From IMG/VR virus record IMGVR_UViG_3300034092_003926, positions 1 to 59,912 of that record: DNA of 59,912 bases, one strand, 5' to 3'. The DNA comes from a virus (lineage: Duplodnaviria > Caudoviricetes). Below, piece after piece: positions 57,201 to 59,912 of the stretch (positions are counted from its first letter, which is position 1; every line of letters begins with the position of its first letter). The translations under genes were made by a program, and so were the position numbers. The notes under the pieces are model-generated. The model was not told where the DNA came from, searched no databases, and saw only the letters and a list, made by a program, of their open reading frames with translations.

Positions 57201-57561
57201 ATCCTATAGCAGATTTACCGGTTGGAAGTCCTGTGCGAATAGTGTTAGAAGTTGCTGATAATACTTTACCAGAATAACCCATAGCGCCAGCAAACCTCAT
57301 AGTTGCTGAATCTCTAGGAGGATTTGGTGGAGAAGCCAGCTGCATATAACTATCTGCAATAGTATCATATCTCCAAAATGAGCCAGCGCCTAGTAAATAA
57401 TAGATATATCTACCATTAGATTCGTTAATAATATTGTTGTCAGCAGTGCAACTACACGAAGCATTACTTGTGCTAGCAGCAGCGGGCGCGGCTGGAGAAA
57501 ATCTTGTCCATTCCCAAACTGGTAAGTCAACAACTTTCTTTAAACTATTAACTAATCCCAT
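54202..57561 (-). CDS. Repeat-rich putative virion/fibre-associated protein
   Basis: Repeats G.ATGG.TT.L.D....W and I..G.G.GQ.R.I.SN; three (I/V)NGW...GT.I...T repeats; propeller-like termini (FWRYD, IYRLD). Confidence 0.65.
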   Translation of the reverse strand: MGLVNSLKKVVDLPVWEWTRFSPAAPAAASTSNASCSCTADNNIINESNGRYIYYLLGAGSFWRYDTIADSYMQLASPPNPPRDSATMRFAGAMGYSGKVLSATSNTIRTGLPTGKSAIGFKIRIVSGTGAGQERVITNVDEPVVADFGIATGGATTSLTDTSKNWFGSSISSDVANSGAYTGSTGNHNGWIGYVVRTTPFGTGPNQVRKIIYNSNQVLNIGDININAYEPLSNNTWTSPAAGTNYQIESSVITVDTAWDVQPDQTSKFMIRSGAILLVSGAGATPFHTIQYYDVLNDVWYALPAIQNLTLALPADNSLERTTENSSIWYRGMATGGSTTTLVDSSADWTPNEWVGYELFIFSGTGRGQEVEVISNTATTLTFSAIGTAPDATSRYELLGFDAGTSTGSNNYNTLIDTSKTWTTNAWRNYAVRIVFGKGAGQVRRILSNTSTALTLYRGWSVLPDNTSVYSIQGDSDTMHITWGGSAQHFQYSTMGGINMMHLGRSRDFGVACVLAALRSDSAHNIIDELPIALTSLTGTTTITATSTQPHNLKVGDWVSIRGVTSAAADQYNVTGLVQVTSVPSTTTFTYAPSAAGSGTYSYLTALGTNNLSDASKDFRDNLSSANTTTLTFARATPSNINGWYVTGTNITPGTRVTSGAGTTSLTIPTQGGTPAGIITFSPWGPTTAVTSTVSTGGGAGVATITMTANTNANINGWLVSGTNIPPDTYVISGAGNTAIVLSRACTGAVTGTITFYPPEVAGKIFIIATSAPALTTGSTTSQAFQGISPLGGTIGFLGGSITTPIPSVSRYIVTNAPIIGAQSEGNAAQQYTYGVATGGTTTTLVDANAVWATATGSASAQATTITLSAAAPGNVNGWFITGTGIATGTRIIAGQGTTTLTLSQPTSGAVSGTMTCCAFGPSGGSSWLVGRRIRTMTGNGANQELIITGVNPLTGTISFATAVAPAANTIYTIVSTPVKNVGHELSWVYGNEGIHSLNRGRYLWCARGGGLVGIDKIDLTTDRITYVHTAPFTETLSTGSFYAYDGGNNIYFIKDITQRIYRLDVNTGYIHGAGTVPYTAGTAQIGNKMEIFTTTDRLNYLWINRHGNTEHFRTLLFY

Positions 57562-57571
57562 TATTATCTCC

Positions 57572-58135
57572 TTATGAAAATTCTAATTTACTTCTTATTG
57601 AGTTTGCGTATACATTACGCGCAATATTAATATACTGTTCTTGATTCATACCAGCTATTTGAGCAGCATTAGTTATGGCTCCTATAGCATTGTTTCCCGC
57701 TGGTAGTCCATTCGTTATTTGTGTCACGGCAGATACTGTTGGTAAAGTTCCAGCATCAATTGTAACACGCTGACGTTGAGCAGAATCGCAGGCTTGCTGA
57801 TTCTCCATTATTTTAACTAAACGGCTTAATAATTTGATTAAGTCTTGTTGCTCATTATCTGTTATTTTTAATGATCTTGAACTATTATATACTATTTGTA
57901 GTTTGTCGTTAGAGTTATGTGTTGAAGTAGCAAAATTAAGAAAGACTCTTTTGCCAGAAATTGATGAATATGCCTTTTCTACAGATCCCGTAGCATATAT
58001 TATAACTCCCCTAGTTTGATTGATTATAGAAACTAGTCTTGTTATATCAAAATCATCAAGGTTAATAAATTCAACATATCCATTTCCAGATATTCCAGGT
58101 GAAAAAATGTACTCTGTAACTAAAAAATCCTTCAT
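57572..58135 (-). CDS. Hypothetical virion-associated protein
   Basis: 187 aa; Y.F.P...LVSIINQT.G.IIY...D.LQIVY N-terminal module; within the fibre cluster. Confidence 0.65.
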   Translation of the reverse strand: MKDFLVTEYIFSPGISGNGYVEFINLDDFDITRLVSIINQTRGVIIYATGSVEKAYSSISGKRVFLNFATSTHNSNDKLQIVYNSSRSLKITDNEQQDLIKLLSRLVKIMENQQACDSAQRQRVTIDAGTLPTVSAVTQITNGLPAGNNAIGAITNAAQIAGMNQEQYINIARNVYANSIRSKLEFS

Positions 58136-58165
58136 ATTTTAGCCTTTTTGTTAGGTTTTCCTATA

Positions 58166-58178
58166 TATAATACTACAC
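58166..58178 (-). promoter_or_regulatory. Putative late promoter
   Basis: Minus strand GTGTAGTATTATA in the intergenic gap. Confidence 0.5.
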
Positions 58179-58180
58179 CT

Positions 58181-59572
58181 TTAGCCAAAAATCAATGCGT
58201 TTATCACAGATTCGTCAGAAAAAGATTCTCCAATAAACGAACTCGATCTTTTTACAAGAGTTCCGTCTGTTTTTATTAAAAGCAAGTCAGTTTCTATTGT
58301 ATCATTAGGAACGCCAGATATCATAACATTTTGACTAAATATTCCACTTCCCGAGATTCTAAGTTCACCGCTAACATCTAATAATGATCCATTAAAAAGA
58401 AGATTGGGTTGCGCAATAATTCCACTTGTACTACCATCATTAACTAATAATCTATTAGCTCCAGGACTAGAAACAACAACTCCATCACTAGAAAAATTTG
58501 TCCCAGGTACTAAACTTAAATATTCTATAACACTGCCACTGGGAGCAGGAGTTGTTAAAGTAAAAGATGTTCCATTGGACGCTGTATAGTCGCCACTAGC
58601 AAATAATTTAACACCATTTAAAAATACATCTAGCGAACCAACAGTATATCCTCCAGAAACATTAAATGTTCCACTAGAAGATGTTAATAAAAATGCTCCA
58701 CGACTTACTGGATTTACTCCTCCGCCAATATCGCCGCTACTAGAAATAATAAATATTCCACTATTATTAGATACTATTATATTAGCTCCAGCAACTATAT
58801 CTTTTACTGGAATTAAACCACTAACAGTACTGCCAAAATTAGTTATATCCACAGATGCATGTGTGTGACCACTAGTACTAACATTAATATTATTAACGCT
58901 TAAAAATGTAAAATTTCCACTACTACTCGGTAGCCACAACCCACTAGAACTGTTATATTGTAAAAATTGTCCATTCGTCGCTCCTGTTGTAGCAACATTA
59001 TGAAGTTCTTCTAATTCGTATCCATTCTGAATTTTAACCTCAATAACTCCCTCTTGAGCATGACTACGAATGATTGTTCCAACAAAAACCATATGATAAG
59101 GAGCGTATGGCTTAGTAGTGGTAATGCCCCCAGAAACTGTTGGACTAAGCCACAAAGCTGTTCCATTAGTATTAGGATTGAACTGGGTTGTATTTACATT
59201 AACTAACGCGCCGTTAATAATAACACTTCCAGTATCTTGATCTAATATATCTGTAGCAGTAATTCCGTATGTCTTACTAGATGAAGCTTCTCCACTAGCT
59301 AATGCTAGTCCTACTGTTGGCTTGTCTCCGTGACCACCAGTAATATAAACCGCACTCATTTTAGGTATAGTGGATCCAGTATTATTAAATACCACGGTAC
59401 TTAACGAGCTTGCACTAAGATATCTTGTTTCGTCCCACTGAGAGCCTAATCCTATTTTTAATAAATTAGTATCAGTTTCAAATCCTGGTTCTCCACTGGC
59501 CAATACTGGATTAGTATTTGTCCAATCGTCAGCGGTTCCTCTACGTATTTGTATTTGATTTTTTATAGCCAT
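58181..59572 (-). CDS. Fibre-like protein with Mtd_N/hyaluronidase-type N-terminal module
   Basis: IQIRRGT..DW...NPVLASGEPGFETDT..LKIG; ELEELHNV; LDVFLNGVKL...DYTA.NG; ends ALIFG. Confidence 0.75.
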   Translation of the reverse strand: MAIKNQIQIRRGTADDWTNTNPVLASGEPGFETDTNLLKIGLGSQWDETRYLSASSLSTVVFNNTGSTIPKMSAVYITGGHGDKPTVGLALASGEASSSKTYGITATDILDQDTGSVIINGALVNVNTTQFNPNTNGTALWLSPTVSGGITTTKPYAPYHMVFVGTIIRSHAQEGVIEVKIQNGYELEELHNVATTGATNGQFLQYNSSSGLWLPSSSGNFTFLSVNNINVSTSGHTHASVDITNFGSTVSGLIPVKDIVAGANIIVSNNSGIFIISSSGDIGGGVNPVSRGAFLLTSSSGTFNVSGGYTVGSLDVFLNGVKLFASGDYTASNGTSFTLTTPAPSGSVIEYLSLVPGTNFSSDGVVVSSPGANRLLVNDGSTSGIIAQPNLLFNGSLLDVSGELRISGSGIFSQNVMISGVPNDTIETDLLLIKTDGTLVKRSSSFIGESFSDESVINALIFG

Positions 59573-59601
59573 ATATTACCATATAATCCTAAAATTCATA
59601 T

Positions 59602-59614
59602 TATAATAATACAA
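59602..59614 (-). promoter_or_regulatory. Possible late promoter variant
   Basis: Minus strand TTGTATTATTATA in the intergenic gap. Confidence 0.35.
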
Positions 59615-59628
59615 AATCATTATAATGT

Positions 59629-59910
59629 CTAGGGTGTTCCACCATCTAATATAAAATATTCTATTTTTGTAGTTGGTGTAGTAGCATCATCACCAATTAG
59701 TATATTATTAACAGCATTAAATCTTAGGTTACTATTAACACTAGGCTTTAAATTACCATCAGTTCCATTAACAAAAATTAGATGGTTAGTGTTAGAACTG
59801 CTAGTATCAACTTCTATATTTAAAGCATTAGTAGCCGTACCACTTAAACTTGCTGTAATAATATTAGCACTAAAATTTCCACTATTATCACGACTAACTA
59901 TAGTACCAGA
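59629..59910 (-). CDS. Fibre-like protein, 3' end only (runs off the window)
   Basis: Open frame SGTIVSRDNSGNFSANIITASLSGTATNA...FILDGGTP-stop, not in the ORF track. Confidence 0.8.
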   Translation of the reverse strand, partial: SGTIVSRDNSGNFSANIITASLSGTATNALNIEVDTSSSNTNHLIFVNGTDGNLKPSVNSNLRFNAVNNILIGDDATTPTTKIEYFILDGGTP

Positions 59911-59912
59911 AA

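Noticed and set aside
45266-59572. Diversity-generating retroelement (Mtd_N-like domain, anomalous C-terminal segment)
   Set aside because: No reverse transcriptase and no template/variable repeat pair differing at adenines seen in this window; Mtd_N-like N-termini are widespread without DGRs.
1-59912. Alternative genetic code (stop reassignment)
   Set aside because: Genes are long and tightly packed under code 11, and TAA, TGA and TAG all end genes; the dnaE interruption also needs a frame change.
1-59912. tRNA or rRNA genes
   Set aside because: Intergenic gaps are short and no cloverleaf or T-loop consensus was recognised by eye.

Overview
AT-rich (roughly 30% GC by eye) segment of a large tailed dsDNA phage genome, standard genetic code. 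Two convergent blocks meet at ~17300. The + strand (1-17305) is a replication/recombination operon: DnaB helicase, DnaG primase, dNMP kinase, Fe-S PD-(D/E)xK nuclease, HNH-type endonuclease, a DnaE split into two genes with a small ORF and a DnaQ-like exonuclease between them, SSB, glycosyl/nucleotidyl-transferases, a DUF559-like endonuclease, a Rad52-like annealing protein and a trypsin-like protease. The - strand (59912-17294) is a virion morphogenesis block: fibre-like proteins, probable head-tail joining proteins, a PT-repeat protein, a GT60-like glycosyltransferase, tail tube, chaperones, a 2957-aa tape measure protein and large tail-tip proteins. Best leads: (1) the conserved PHP motif at the start of dnaE (HVHS|MFSLLDG) is interrupted by exactly 10 nt beginning with a stop codon, set in alternative hairpins and directly behind a free-standing HNH endonuclease. 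This is a candidate ribosomal-bypass (or mini-intron) plus homing-endonuclease cassette. (2) The tape measure protein carries ~970 aa of apparent enzyme cargo (a HAD phosphatase and two PD-(D/E)xK-like motifs) separated by repeated F/Y-x-x-GG motifs. (3) A GT60-like GlcNAc transferase sits next to a virion protein with (PTVTPTPT)n mucin-like repeats. All assignments come from motif reading by eye; no database searches or folding programs were run.
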